Source: an uncultured Fibrobacteraceae bacterium (GTDB taxonomy: Bacteria; Krumholzibacteriota; Krumholzibacteriia; LZORAL124-64-63). From it: a stretch of 64,000 nt of DNA. The notes beneath the pieces are model-generated. The model did no database searches. It was not told where the DNA came from and saw nothing but the letters and a program-made list of their open reading frames with translations. Below are positions 1-9,780 of the stretch, in pieces. The stretch spans positions 27,358 to 91,357 of the forward strand of contig CAZJWO010000002.1 in NCBI GenBank assembly GCA_964549735.1, written 5' to 3'. Both the position numbers and the translations under genes were made by a program. How positions within the stretch are numbered: the first letter of the stretch is position 1; every line of letters begins with the position of its first letter.

Positions 1-1443
1 TCTGGCCGTCCTGGTTGAAGCTGCCGCCGGCGCCCGCGGCTTGCAGGATCTCGCCCACCAGCCAGTTCGGCATGTCGGGCTCGAGATCGTCATCGACGCG
101 CACGACCACCGGGCCCGTGCCGTCATCGATGGTGAAGTTGTGCGCGGGGTTGGTGCCGCTGCTCGTGGCGATCGCGGTGATCGGTCCGGAAGCCTTGATG
201 TAGCTGCCCTCGTTGGCCGGCAGCGCCGCGTCGCCGGTCGAAAGCACGACGGGCACGAGCGGCGGGTTGCCGGTGCTGACCAGCTCGACCTCGTAGTTCT
301 GCAGCTGCAGGGTCGTGAAGTACTTGCCCACCGTGCCGCTGACCTTCACGATGTAGTCGACGTCGTTCAGCAGGTCCATGCCGGTGCTGCGGATCGTGCC
401 GAAGACGTTCAGGCCGCGGCCGTCGGCGCCCTGGATGTAGGCGGCGACGCTCACGCCGTCAGCCCGGTAGTCGCCCGGGATGTAGACCTGACCCTGGACC
501 TTGACGACCTGCCCTTCATAGGTCGCGTAGTCGTCGTGGAGCGAACCGATCGGCACGATGACCTCGGGTCCGACCGTGTAGCTGTAGTAGCCGGTCGCCG
601 GATTGCGGCTGGGCAGGCCGTCGTTGTCCAGCGCCGAGACGTAATACTCGACGAAATCGCCGTTGGCGCCGCCGGGGATCGTGGCGGTGTACGTGTCGCC
701 CGCCAGGAGGGACATCGGCGCGCTCGTCTCGCCGCCGCCATTGACCTGATAGTGCAACGTCACGCTCGCGACGGTGCCGTCGTTGTCCACGACGTCCGCC
801 GAGACCGTCACCGGGTTGCCGGCCTGCGGCAGCAGGCTGCGGTGGTAGACGTTCGTGATCGCCGGGGGCAGGCCGGTGGCCGGGCTCGGGAACTGGATGG
901 TCGCGTGGTTCGGCGCGATGACGCACAGGTAGTCGATCCAGTTCGAACCGGCCCACGGACTCGCGTTGTACGGCCGGATCTCGACGATCAGGCCCTCGCC
1001 GTCCCGCTCGACCGGCACGGTCCAGGTGTAGCCGAGCTCGGTCCAGTCGACGCCGCCGCTGTAGGTCGCCGAGCCGCTGGCGCTGCCGGAATAGGAGTTG
1101 ACGTCGCCGCCGACCGGGGTCCAGTGGCCCCAGATGCGCACGGAGGGGTTGCCGGTGATCAGGTCCAGCGTCTGGACCGTGGCCGTGACCTGATCGCCCG
1201 CTTGCAGGTTGGTGATCCAGGCCACGTAGGCCTGAGGCGTGCCGCCGTCGGCGTTCTTGTAGATCTCGAGGCTGCGGCTGCCCTCGTAGTACTGGTCGCC
1301 CGTGTTCGCGACGTACAAGATGCCGGGTAGGTAGGCGCTCAACACGGTACCGCCGTCCTCCCAGCCATAGCACAGATTCTGCTGCGCCTGGGCGACGCCG
1401 GCGGTCAACGAAAGGGCCAGAACGATCGCAAGCAAGGTCCTCA
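1..1443 (-). CDS. Secreted hypothetical protein. The N-terminal ~480 aa lie inside the window and the gene runs off the left edge. The C-terminal region visible here looks like an OB-fold or beta-rich domain.
   Basis: Minus-strand reading frame opens with ATG at 1441-1443 and has no stop down to position 1. It is absent from the ORF track because it is open-ended. The N-terminus MRTLLAIVLALSLTAGVAQAQQ is a clear Sec signal peptide, and GC3-rich codon usage is kept throughout. The overlapping track ORFs 41..1330(+) and 516..1589(-) are low-complexity R/A/G-rich artefacts. Confidence 0.6.
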
Positions 1444-1658
1444 TGGTACTCTCCCTGCTGAGAATGCCGCGCGCGACTGCCGAGGAGACCCCGAGCGCGC
1501 GACGAACTGGGGGGCTCGTAGCGTACGACGTCACTAGAATAGCACAATTGGACAAGGTTTTTGTAAAAAATCTCCGAGATTTCGACCACGCGCGTAAAAC
1601 CCGCTCAAGTCGGATCGCAATAAGCCGATATCGAAACCTAACAAGGAGTTAGCGCTGC

Positions 1659-3428
1659 ATGACCCGACCCCGCCCGCCATCCGGACGCGCGGATCGCCGC
1701 GCGGCGGACAACGGCATCGCGACCGCGACCGGACTGGATGCGGCGGCAGGCGCCGCTGCGGATCCCCGTCGCGGCGAGTTCCTGCGGTCCGAGCACCGGT
1801 TCCGCGCCTACTACGAGGCCAACAGCGACGCGATCATGACCCTGGACGGCCGCGGCTTCCTGGACTGCAACGCGGCGACCCTCCGGCTCTTCGGGTGCGC
1901 CAACCGTGCCGAGTTCCTGGCGAAACACCCCGGCGAACTCTCGCCGCCGCTACAGCCGTGCGGCACCGATTCCATCACGTTGGCCGATGAACGCATCGCG
2001 ACCGCGCTGAAGCGCGGCTATCTGCGGTTCGAATGGGTGCACCGGCGCATCGATTCGGGCGAGCCTTTCCCCGCCGAGGTGCTGCTGCAGCCTCTCGAAC
2101 TGGACGGGCAGGCGCTGTTGCAGGCGGTCGTGCGCGACATCACGGACCGCAAACGCATCGAGCTGGCCCTGCGCGAGACCAACCGCCGCCTCGAGCAGGC
2201 CACGGCGGCGGCGAGCCGCATGGCGATCCAGGCCGAGCTGGCGAACAAGGCCAAGAGCGAGTTCCTGGCGAACATGAGCCACGAGATCCGCACGCCGATG
2301 AACGGCATCATCGGCATGGCCGAGTATCTGGGGAGCACCGACCTGGACGTCGAGCAGCGCCAGTGCGTGCACGTGCTGCGCTCGAGCGGCGACGCGCTGC
2401 TCGGCATCATCAACGACATCCTGGACTTCTCGAAGATCGAGGCCAATAAACTGTCCCTGGAGGACCAGGAGTTCGCGCCGCGCACGGTCCTGGCCGAAGC
2501 CGTGGAACTGATCGCGCTGCGAGCCCGCGAGAAGGACCTGGACATCGCCTGTCAGATCGATCCGCGCCTGCCCGCCGCTCTGCGCGGCGACCCGGGCAGG
2601 CTGCGCCAGATCCTGCTGAACCTCGGCAGCAACGCCGTGAAGTTCACCCTGAAGGGAGTCGTGACGCTGACGGTCGAACTGGTCGAGGATCGCCACGACG
2701 ACGTCACGCTGCGCTTCGCGGTCACCGACACCGGCATCGGCATCGCCGCCGCGGATCAGGCCACCCTGTTCCACCCCTTCACGCAGGTCGATGGTTCGAC
2801 GACCCGCCGCTATGGCGGTACCGGGTTGGGTCTGGCCATCTGCCGGCAACTGGTCGAGCTGATGGGTGGCGAGATCGGCCTGACCAGCCAGCCGGATCAC
2901 GGCTCCACGTTCTGGTTCACGGTCGTCCTCGGCAAGGCGGACCCCGCCGCAGGCGTCGCCGCGGGCGAGGCGGCGAACGACGCCGCGGCCCGCGAGCCGA
3001 CGCGGCCGCCGGCGGGCGACGACGGCGACCGCGCGCCCCGCATCCTGCTCGCCGAGGACAACCCGACGAACCAGTTCGTGGCCCGCAAGATCCTGGCGCA
3101 GCTCGGCTACAGCGTCGACACGGTCGAGACCGGGAGCGAGGCCGTCGCGGCCTTGCGCAGCACCGCCTACGACCTCGTGCTCATGGACTGCCAGATGCCG
3201 GAGATGGACGGCTTCGAAGCGACCCGCCTGATCCGCGACCCCCGATCCGGAGCCCTGGACCCCCGGGTGCCGATCGTCGCGATGACCGCCCACGCGATGA
3301 TCGGAGATCGCGAGCGCTGCCTGGCCGCGGGTATGGACGATTACCTGAGCAAGCCGGTCCAGAGCCGCAAGCTCTACGAGATCCTGTCGCGCTGGCTCGG
3401 CTTGACCTCTCGCCCCGCGGGACGCTAG
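1659..3428 (+). CDS. Hybrid sensor histidine kinase with PAS, HisKA, HATPase_c and a C-terminal receiver domain
   Basis: H-box [18 protein letters not shown]; G2 box [22 protein letters not shown]; receiver domain [18 protein letters not shown]...[17 protein letters not shown] with the conserved Asp; AAGGAG Shine-Dalgarno ~10 nt upstream of ATG 1659. Confidence 0.9.
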   Translation: MTRPRPPSGRADRRAADNGIATATGLDAAAGAAADPRRGEFLRSEHRFRAYYEANSDAIMTLDGRGFLDCNAATLRLFGCANRAEFLAKHPGELSPPLQPCGTDSITLADERIATALKRGYLRFEWVHRRIDSGEPFPAEVLLQPLELDGQALLQAVVRDITDRKRIELALRETNRRLEQATAAASRMAIQAELANKAKSEFLANMSHEIRTPMNGIIGMAEYLGSTDLDVEQRQCVHVLRSSGDALLGIINDILDFSKIEANKLSLEDQEFAPRTVLAEAVELIALRAREKDLDIACQIDPRLPAALRGDPGRLRQILLNLGSNAVKFTLKGVVTLTVELVEDRHDDVTLRFAVTDTGIGIAAADQATLFHPFTQVDGSTTRRYGGTGLGLAICRQLVELMGGEIGLTSQPDHGSTFWFTVVLGKADPAAGVAAGEAANDAAAREPTRPPAGDDGDRAPRILLAEDNPTNQFVARKILAQLGYSVDTVETGSEAVAALRSTAYDLVLMDCQMPEMDGFEATRLIRDPRSGALDPRVPIVAMTAHAMIGDRERCLAAGMDDYLSKPVQSRKLYEILSRWLGLTSRPAGR

Positions 3429-3450
3429 CCCGCCCGCGCCCGCGGTCCGT

Positions 3451-4113
3451 TCAGGCGAGCCAGGCGACGGCCCGCGCCGGCGCACCGTCGGCCGCGGCGA
3501 TCTTCAGCGGCAGGCAGCAGAACACCAGGCGCCGTCCGACGAGCGGCCGCAGCCCCGTCAGGTTCTCCACGATCACCAGGCCGCGCCGCAACAGGATGCG
3601 GTGGATCGGAAGGCGCGGTGCGCCGGCGGCGTCGATCGAGACGGCGTCGATGCCGATGCCGCGCAGGCCGCCGTCTGCGAGCCAGCGCGCGGCCGCCGGC
3701 GTCAAGACGGGGTACCCTTCGTAGTACGAGGACTCGCTCCAGCGGTCCGACCAGTCCGTGCACAGCAGCACGAAATCCAGGCTGGCGAGATCAGGGAGCT
3801 GAGCCTGCAATTCCGGCAACTCGATCCGACCGTCCGCGGACAGCGCGGCATCGGCCACTGCCGCGCGGCCGATCAGGCGATCGGCCGGGTAGGCGTCGAG
3901 GGTCGCGCCGTCCGGCAGCATGTGCGCCGGCGTGTCGAGATGCGTTCCGGTGTGCGTCAGCAGGCTCACGCGCTGTTCGGCGAAGCCGTGTTCGGCGATC
4001 GTGAACGGACGGCTGAACTCCGGCGGCGCGGTGCCCGGATAATGCGGCATGCCGGGAGCGATCGTGTGCGTGAGATCGACGATCTCCGGCGTGGTCCAGC
4101 TCGGTTCGGTCAT
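3451..4113 (-). CDS. Cyclase-family protein (kynurenine formamidase-like, PF04199-type)
   Basis: HTGTHLDTPAH motif typical of the putative-cyclase / KynB fold. The start is placed at MTEPSW (internal Met of track ORF 3451..4155) and the ORF is colinear with the upstream SET-domain gene. Confidence 0.65.
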   Translation of the reverse strand: MTEPSWTTPEIVDLTHTIAPGMPHYPGTAPPEFSRPFTIAEHGFAEQRVSLLTHTGTHLDTPAHMLPDGATLDAYPADRLIGRAAVADAALSADGRIELPELQAQLPDLASLDFVLLCTDWSDRWSESSYYEGYPVLTPAAARWLADGGLRGIGIDAVSIDAAGAPRLPIHRILLRRGLVIVENLTGLRPLVGRRLVFCCLPLKIAAADGAPARAVAWLA

Positions 4114-4161
4114 GTCGCCCTGCCATTTCCGGCGCACCGCGCGGTCGGTGCGCATCTCGTG

Positions 4162-4518
4162 TCAGCGGACGTCGAACCAGGGCGCGCACTCGTACCGGTG
4201 CACGATCTCCTGTCCGGCGGCGATGTCGCGCAGCGCGACGAAATAGATCAGACCCTGCTCCTTGTCGCGCTGCGTGTACGCGTTGGGTTCATCGGCGTGA
4301 TTGTAGATCAGGCTGAAGCCCAGCGGTATCGCGCAGCGGTGCTCGCCCCAGTCGAAGTAGTAGTCCCGCAGGGCCGTGTGATTTAGCAGCTCGTATTGAT
4401 CGTCGTCCAGAACGATCACCGGCGCCTGCTCGATGATCTCCCCGGCGTGGAAGTCGCGCCGGGCGAAGACGCCGCGTCCCTTGCCCACGCTCGCGCGGAT
4501 CTCGATGTCCTGATCCAT
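4162..4518 (-). CDS. SET-domain protein (putative protein-lysine methyltransferase), 118 aa
   Basis: SET signature NHADEPNA (cf. NHSCxPN) and a downstream ...GQEIVHRYE... post-SET-like region; a compact minimal SET domain. Confidence 0.65.
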   Translation of the reverse strand: MDQDIEIRASVGKGRGVFARRDFHAGEIIEQAPVIVLDDDQYELLNHTALRDYYFDWGEHRCAIPLGFSLIYNHADEPNAYTQRDKEQGLIYFVALRDIAAGQEIVHRYECAPWFDVR

Positions 4519-4600
4519 GGCCTACACACTCCCTCAGCGCTTGAAGAAGCACGTGTGCCGTCGGTGCTGAACGGAGAGAACGGCTTCGGCCGACCGGCCG

Positions 4601-4867
4601 TCAGGCGGCGGCCTTCTTGCGGCGGATGAATCCGACCAGGTTGTTGACCGAGTCGAGGTTCTCGGGCATGAGATCCTCGTCCTGGATCTGCAGGCCGTGG
4701 TCGCCCTCCAGATACGCGACGAGCTCCATGACGCCGACCGAGTCGATGATCCCGGTGTCCAGCAACGACTGGTCGTCGCTCGTCAGGGGGTTTTCGTCGC
4801 CGAACAGGAAGTTCTCCACGATGTAGCTGCGAATCTTGTCCCGCAATTCCATGGCGGCGTTCTCCAA
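4601..4867 (-). CDS. Acyl carrier protein (phosphopantetheine-binding)
   Basis: LDTGIIDSVGVMELVAYLE with the Ser of the DSx phosphopantetheine attachment site; 80-88 aa; acidic. The true start may be the second Met (MELRDKI, at 4852). Confidence 0.8.
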   Translation of the reverse strand: MENAAMELRDKIRSYIVENFLFGDENPLTSDDQSLLDTGIIDSVGVMELVAYLEGDHGLQIQDEDLMPENLDSVNNLVGFIRRKKAAA

Positions 4868-4907
4868 GGGTCGAGTGTCCTGTCAACAGCGGGTTAAGAT
4901 CGCTCCT

Positions 4908-6983
4908 CTAGCCCGCCGGCGCCACACGCCAGACCAACTCCCCGGGGGCCAGGGCCGAGCTGTCCAGGCGGCTCGACAGCTCGGGGCCGAATTGCTGCAC
5001 CAGCAGCTGGGCGCTGAGCACGCCCACGAAAGCCATGTTCTCGCGGGCGGCCGTCAGCCGGCCGGCCTCCCATTTACGCTGCAAGCTGGCGACCCTCTCC
5101 GGCCGCCAGAAGCCCGCCGCGGCCAGCGCGGACGCGCTGAGTCGCTCGCGCGCCAGTTCGCGCCCGGCGCCGGCGACGAAGCTGGCGCTGTCCGGCGCCC
5201 GGTAGGGCTGCTTGTCGCGCGCGACGATCGGCGGCGGCAGCAGGTCGGCCACGGCCTGCTTCAGCAACGATTTCTCGTTGAGCGACTGCAGCTTGGCCGA
5301 GGCCGGCACGGTGGCGGCGAAGGCCCCCACGTCGGGATCGAGGAACGGGAAGCGGCCCTCCACCGAGTGCCCCATGAGCATCCGGTCGCCCTGGGAGTTG
5401 AGCAGGTAGCCCGACAGGAAGGTGGTCATCTCCAGGTACTGCGCGCGGGCCACGGGCCCCCAGTCGGCGAACGCGGCCGGCAGGGCGGCGGCCAGGCGCT
5501 GCTCCGGCTCGCCGCGCCGCAACGCCGCCGCCGCCTCGTCGGCGAGCAGGGAGGTCATCATGCCGGTGTTGGCCCAGCGCGGCCGGTGGCTGAAGAACGG
5601 CTCGTCGGGGCGGTCCAGACCCTGGCCGTAGAAGCGCGCCAGGAATTGCGGCGGCGACAGCTCCAGATAGGGGTACAGCCGCGTCAGCAGCAACGCGCGC
5701 CGCTCGTCCGCGGGACGGCGGCTCCAGAACCGGCGGACCTTGGCCTCGCGGAAGATGTTGTAGCCGACCCAGACCTCGTCGGCGCCCTCGCCGGTCAGCA
5801 CGACCTTGTACTGCTCGCCGCGCACCAGGCTCGACAACGCGTAGAGCGGCGCCGGCGCCGTGCGCAGGATCGGCGTCTCGGCATGCCAGATGACCGCGGG
5901 GAAATCCCGCGCGATGTCGGCGGCGCCGACGGTGATCAGGCGGTGGTCGGTGCCCAGATGGGCGACCATCAGCCGCTGCCAGGCCGATTCGTCGAAGGCG
6001 CTGTCCTCGAAACCCACGGAGAACGTCTTCAGACGCCGGTCGGTGTAGCGGTGGATGATCGCCGCGATGGCCGAAGAATCGAGACCGCCGGAGAGGTAGG
6101 CGCCCACCGGCACGTCGGCGCGCAGGCGCAGCACCGCGGCCTGGACCAGGCGCTCGCGCAGTTCGTCGGCCAGCCGGCGCTGCTCCTGCCGGTCCACGAA
6201 GCGGCGGTCCTCGTCCGCCGGCAGGAACGTCGGATGCCAGAAGCGGCGCAGGCGCAGGCGCGACGGCCAACCCGGCGCGGCCATCATGGACGCCGCGGAC
6301 GCCCCCGCGGCCGGCTGCCCGCTCGCCGCCCGCTCCTCGCCAGCGTCGAGAACCAGCGTCGCGGTGTGGCCCGCCGGCAGCTGCACGACGCCCCGGAACA
6401 CGGTGCGCGGCGGCACGGTCACCCAGTAGGTGAAGACCTCGGCGACCGCCTCGGGGTCGACCGCGGGCTGGAAGCCAGGCCAGGCCGCCAGCGCCTTGAC
6501 CTCCGAGGCGAAGAGCAGGTGGCCGGCGTGCTCGGCGACGTAGAGCGGCCGCACGCCGTAGCGGTCGCGGGCCAGGAAGAGGGTGCGGCGCGCCGAGTCC
6601 CAGATCGCGATGGCGAACTGGCCGTTGAATCGGTCGACGCAGCGGTCGCCCCATTGCTCGTAGGCGTGGACGATGACTTCGGTGTCCGAACGCGTGCGCA
6701 GGACGTGGCCCAGGGCCTCCAACTCGTGCGCCAGCTCGATGTAGTTGAAGATCTCGCCATTGAAGACGATCCAGCGGCTGGCGTCCTCGCTGGTCAGCGG
6801 CTGCTGGCCGGTCACCAGGTCGATGATGCTCAGGCGCGTATGGCCCAGGAAGGCGCGGTCGTCCCGCCAGGCTCCGAACTCGTCCGGGCCGCGGTGGCGC
6901 AAGGCGCCGACCATGCGCTCCGGCACGCCGTCGCGCAAACGCAGGGGTCCGTCGAGGGACACGACGCCACAGATGCCGCACAC
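4908..6983 (-). CDS. Asparagine synthetase (glutamine-hydrolysing) family amidotransferase, AsnB-like
   Basis: N-terminal MCGICGVV (class-II glutamine amidotransferase nucleophile Cys2); SGGLDSS PP-loop motif; 691 aa. Stop is 5 nt from the upstream ligase stop, so the two are co-transcribed. Confidence 0.9.
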   Translation of the reverse strand: MCGICGVVSLDGPLRLRDGVPERMVGALRHRGPDEFGAWRDDRAFLGHTRLSIIDLVTGQQPLTSEDASRWIVFNGEIFNYIELAHELEALGHVLRTRSDTEVIVHAYEQWGDRCVDRFNGQFAIAIWDSARRTLFLARDRYGVRPLYVAEHAGHLLFASEVKALAAWPGFQPAVDPEAVAEVFTYWVTVPPRTVFRGVVQLPAGHTATLVLDAGEERAASGQPAAGASAASMMAAPGWPSRLRLRRFWHPTFLPADEDRRFVDRQEQRRLADELRERLVQAAVLRLRADVPVGAYLSGGLDSSAIAAIIHRYTDRRLKTFSVGFEDSAFDESAWQRLMVAHLGTDHRLITVGAADIARDFPAVIWHAETPILRTAPAPLYALSSLVRGEQYKVVLTGEGADEVWVGYNIFREAKVRRFWSRRPADERRALLLTRLYPYLELSPPQFLARFYGQGLDRPDEPFFSHRPRWANTGMMTSLLADEAAAALRRGEPEQRLAAALPAAFADWGPVARAQYLEMTTFLSGYLLNSQGDRMLMGHSVEGRFPFLDPDVGAFAATVPASAKLQSLNEKSLLKQAVADLLPPPIVARDKQPYRAPDSASFVAGAGRELARERLSASALAAAGFWRPERVASLQRKWEAGRLTAARENMAFVGVLSAQLLVQQFGPELSSRLDSSALAPGELVWRVAPAG

Positions 6984-6987
6984 GGGG

Positions 6988-8610
6988 TCAGGTTCCTCTC
7001 GCCTGTTGCTTGAGCGCGAGGTAATCGATCTTGCCGCGGCTGGTGTGGGGCAACGCGCCGACCAAGGTCACGCGACCGGGCACCAGGTACGGCTCGAGTC
7101 GCTCGCGGCAGGCGCGGATGATCGCCGGCGGCGTCAGGCTGCTGCCCTCGCGCACGACGACGTAGGCGCAGACCATCTCGCCGAGGATCGGATCGGGCGC
7201 GCCGACGACGGCGGCCTCGACCACGTCCGGCAGACCATAGAGCGCGTTCTCGACCTCGCGCGGACTGACCTTCTCGCCCCGCGACTTGATGATGTCGTCG
7301 CTGCGTCCCTTGAAGTAGAGGAAGCCTTCGGCGTCCTGGGTGAACCAGTCTCCCGAGCGCAGCATGCGCTCGCCGGGCAAGGGCCCGGGCCGCAGCATCT
7401 GCGCGGTCTGTTCCGGCCGATTCCAGTAGCCCATCATGACATGCGGACCCCGCACGTGCAGGATCCCCATCTCGCCGGGCGCGACCGGCCGATTCTCGTC
7501 GTCGAGCAGCAGGACCTCGGTGCCGGGTATCGCCTTGCCCACCGACGCCGGTCGCTGCAGGACCAGCTCCGGCTCGAGGTAGCAGACCCGCTTGCATTCG
7601 GTCAGGCCGTACATCTTGTAGATGAGGGCGTTGGGGAAGATCTCGCGCAGGGCCGGCAGCATCTCGGCCGGCAGAGCGGCCGCGGTGTTCGTCACGCGCT
7701 GCACGCCGGGGAAGCAGAGGCTGCCGCGGCGGTGCAGATCGATCAGGGTGGCGAACATCGTCGGCACCCCGGGAAAGACCGTCACCTGCTCCTGGGCCAG
7801 CCGCTTGAGGATCGGCGCCGTGAACACGAAGTCCTTCTCCAGCAGGACCGTCGCGCCCACGTGCACGGCCATCAGGATCTGGTACAGGCCGTAGTCGAAG
7901 GCCAGCGGCAGGGCGCAGAGGATCCGGTGCGCGCCGTCGAGGCGCAGGTACTCGACGAGGCTGCCGCACGTGAAGACCATCGCCTGGTGCGTCATCATGA
8001 CGCCCTTCGGCTCTCCCGTGCTGCCGGAGGTATAGATCAACGCGGCGAGGTCCACCCCGATGGCCGGGCACGGCGCGTCGTCGGCGACCGACTCGGCCAG
8101 CGCGGCGGCCAGATCGTGCTCTGGCGGCGGGGCGGCGGGCGTCGCCTCGTGCGCCTCGTGCGCCTCGGCAGCGGCGGCCGCGTCGGCTGCGGCGGGATCG
8201 CCCCGGCTGACCGTCAGCACGGCTTCGAGCGACGGCAGGTCGCCGGCCGCGGAACGATACGTCGCCGCCAACCGGCGCTCGGAGATCAGGAAGCGCGCGC
8301 CGCAATCGTTCAACACGAAGCGCACCTTGTCCCGTTTGGTCTGCGGGTGGATGACCGCGAAGACCCCGCCCGCCAGGGACGTGCCGTAGATGGCGACCGC
8401 GCTCTCGACCGTGTTCTCCAGCAGGATCAGCACGCGGTCGCCGCGGCGCAGGCCCCGCCGCCGCAGCCAGGCGGCCAGCCGCCGGGCGGCGTCCCACAGC
8501 TGCCCATACGTGAGGGTCTGCGCGCCATCGCCGACGGCGGGATGAGCGGGACGCGCTGCGGCCTGGCGCGCCAGGGCATCGGGCAGCAGTCGCAGCTCCC
8601 CTGGTTGCAT
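6988..8610 (-). CDS. AMP-dependent synthetase/ligase (acyl-CoA or acyl-ACP synthetase family)
   Basis: YTSGSTGEPKGV AMP-binding motif; GEMGILHVRGPHVMMGYW; YFKGRSDDIIKSRGEKV. Start chosen at MQPGELRLL (8610), preceded by AAAGGTG. The long track ORF 6988..10152 extends upstream through a non-coding-looking stretch. Confidence 0.85.
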   Translation of the reverse strand: MQPGELRLLPDALARQAAARPAHPAVGDGAQTLTYGQLWDAARRLAAWLRRRGLRRGDRVLILLENTVESAVAIYGTSLAGGVFAVIHPQTKRDKVRFVLNDCGARFLISERRLAATYRSAAGDLPSLEAVLTVSRGDPAAADAAAAAEAHEAHEATPAAPPPEHDLAAALAESVADDAPCPAIGVDLAALIYTSGSTGEPKGVMMTHQAMVFTCGSLVEYLRLDGAHRILCALPLAFDYGLYQILMAVHVGATVLLEKDFVFTAPILKRLAQEQVTVFPGVPTMFATLIDLHRRGSLCFPGVQRVTNTAAALPAEMLPALREIFPNALIYKMYGLTECKRVCYLEPELVLQRPASVGKAIPGTEVLLLDDENRPVAPGEMGILHVRGPHVMMGYWNRPEQTAQMLRPGPLPGERMLRSGDWFTQDAEGFLYFKGRSDDIIKSRGEKVSPREVENALYGLPDVVEAAVVGAPDPILGEMVCAYVVVREGSSLTPPAIIRACRERLEPYLVPGRVTLVGALPHTSRGKIDYLALKQQARGT

Positions 8611-8700
8611 GCGCACGCACCTTTCGTCGGACGCCGGGCCGGTCAGCCGGCCGGCAAACGCCGGGAACCCTTCCATAATGAAGCACTTATGTCTTTCGAC

Positions 8701-8715
8701 CCCTTGCGGCAAGGG
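8701..8715. promoter_or_regulatory. Perfect 7-1-7 palindrome CCCTTGC-C-GCAAGGG in the divergent ligase/methyltransferase intergenic region
   Basis: Read directly from the sequence; lies ~90 nt upstream of the ligase start and ~200 nt upstream of the HemK-like gene. Confidence 0.3.
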
Positions 8716-8913
8716 TTGAGTATCATTAAGCGGGAAACCAACCTGACGCAACTGCCGGCCGCGGCGCCGCGAAATGCGGCGCACGCCAAGGCCGACCGAG
8801 ACGCCCGCGGGCCGCTGTGCTAAGCTGCCGCCAGCGCCGGCCCTCCGCCCGGATCGTCCCCATCGCTGCGGGTCGACGATGTCGTGCAACCACCCTCGCC
8901 GAAGGATTCGCAC

Positions 8914-9780
8914 ATGTTCCCTGGATTCCAACGCGTTTACGACGCCTTCCGGCAAGCGGAGATCGCCGAACCGCTCCAGGAGACGCTGCGCCTGTTCGAC
9001 GTGATCTCCAGCGGCGCCATCCGCGCCATGGATCCCGAAGCTCCCGCGGCGATCGAGCTGGAGCGTCTGGCGGCCGGACGCCAGGCCGGCACGCCGTTGG
9101 AGTACCTGCTCGGCAAGGCGGCGTTCATGGGCTTGCAGCTCACGTGCTCGCCGGACGCCCTGATCCCCCGCGCCGAGACGGAACTGCTGGCGCGCACCGC
9201 GCTGGAGCTGATCCGCGCCCGCCAGGGCGCCCAGGCGCGCCTGACGGTCGTCGACATGGGGACCGGCAGCGGCAACATCGCCGTCGCGCTGGCGGTCAAC
9301 ACGCGCGACGTCGACGTCCTGGCCAGCGACGTCAGTCCGCAGGCGGTCGACCTGGCGCGGCGGCAGGTGGCCGCCTTCGCGCTGCAGGACAGGGTGACCT
9401 TGTTCTGCGGCGACCTCTACGAACCGCTGGTCGCGGCCGGATGGGCCGGCAAGATCGACGTCCTGGTCTGCAACCCGCCCTATCTGCCGACGAGCACGCT
9501 GGCCAAGCTGGCCCGCGAGATCATCGACCACGAACCGACGGTCGCGCTCGATGCCGGGCCCTACGGCATCAACATCTACCGCCGACTGATCACCGGCGCG
9601 GGCGACATGCTCAAGCCCGATGGCGTCCTGGTCTTCGAGATCGGCGCCGGCCAGGAGAAGCTGGTGACGCGATTGCTGGAAGGCGTCGGCATCTACCCGA
9701 CGATCGATTACCACCGCGACGCCGAGGGACAGATCCGCGTCGTCAGCGCCGATCGGCGCCGGATCGCCGGCGATGCCTGA
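8914..9780 (+). CDS. HemK/PrmC-family protein (glutamine-N5) methyltransferase-like SAM-dependent methyltransferase
   Basis: VDMGTGSGNIAVALA SAM-binding motif I and NPPY catalytic motif (VLVCNPPYLP). GAAGGA RBS 8 nt upstream of ATG 8914. Confidence 0.7.
   Translation: MFPGFQRVYDAFRQAEIAEPLQETLRLFDVISSGAIRAMDPEAPAAIELERLAAGRQAGTPLEYLLGKAAFMGLQLTCSPDALIPRAETELLARTALELIRARQGAQARLTVVDMGTGSGNIAVALAVNTRDVDVLASDVSPQAVDLARRQVAAFALQDRVTLFCGDLYEPLVAAGWAGKIDVLVCNPPYLPTSTLAKLAREIIDHEPTVALDAGPYGINIYRRLITGAGDMLKPDGVLVFEIGAGQEKLVTRLLEGVGIYPTIDYHRDAEGQIRVVSADRRRIAGDA

Noticed and set aside
41-1589. Track ORFs 41..1330 (+, 429 aa) and 516..1589 (-, 357 aa) as genes
   Set aside because: Both are R/A/G/D-rich low-complexity translations typical of wrong-frame reading of 70%-GC DNA. 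The third minus-strand frame, open to the window edge, gives a clean signal peptide and a normal composition, so that frame is taken as the real gene.
1950-3485. 511-aa minus-strand ORF antisense to the histidine kinase (and the nested ORFs 2018..2545, 2033..2449)
   Set aside because: Entirely antisense to a gene with unambiguous H-box, G-box and receiver motifs. Arg/Ala/Gly-rich with no motifs. GC-driven artefact.
3451-8610. Calling the ligase/AsnB/ACP cassette an exosortase (PEP-CTERM) system
   Set aside because: The resemblance to exosortase-A-associated accessory genes is real. However, no exosortase, no PEP-CTERM cargo and no EPS glycosyltransferases are present, and the secreted proteins here use a different C-terminal tail. 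The resemblance is kept only as a comparison in the finding.
4836-8823. Long plus-strand ORFs 4836..7013 (725 aa) and 6745..8823 (692 aa) opposite the AsnB and ligase genes, plus the minus-strand ORFs 5074..6981 and 6830..8686
   Set aside because: They overlap genes with diagnostic catalytic motifs (MCGICG, SGGLDSS, YTSGSTGEPKG) in other frames and have extreme Arg/Gly/Ala composition. Rejected as spurious.
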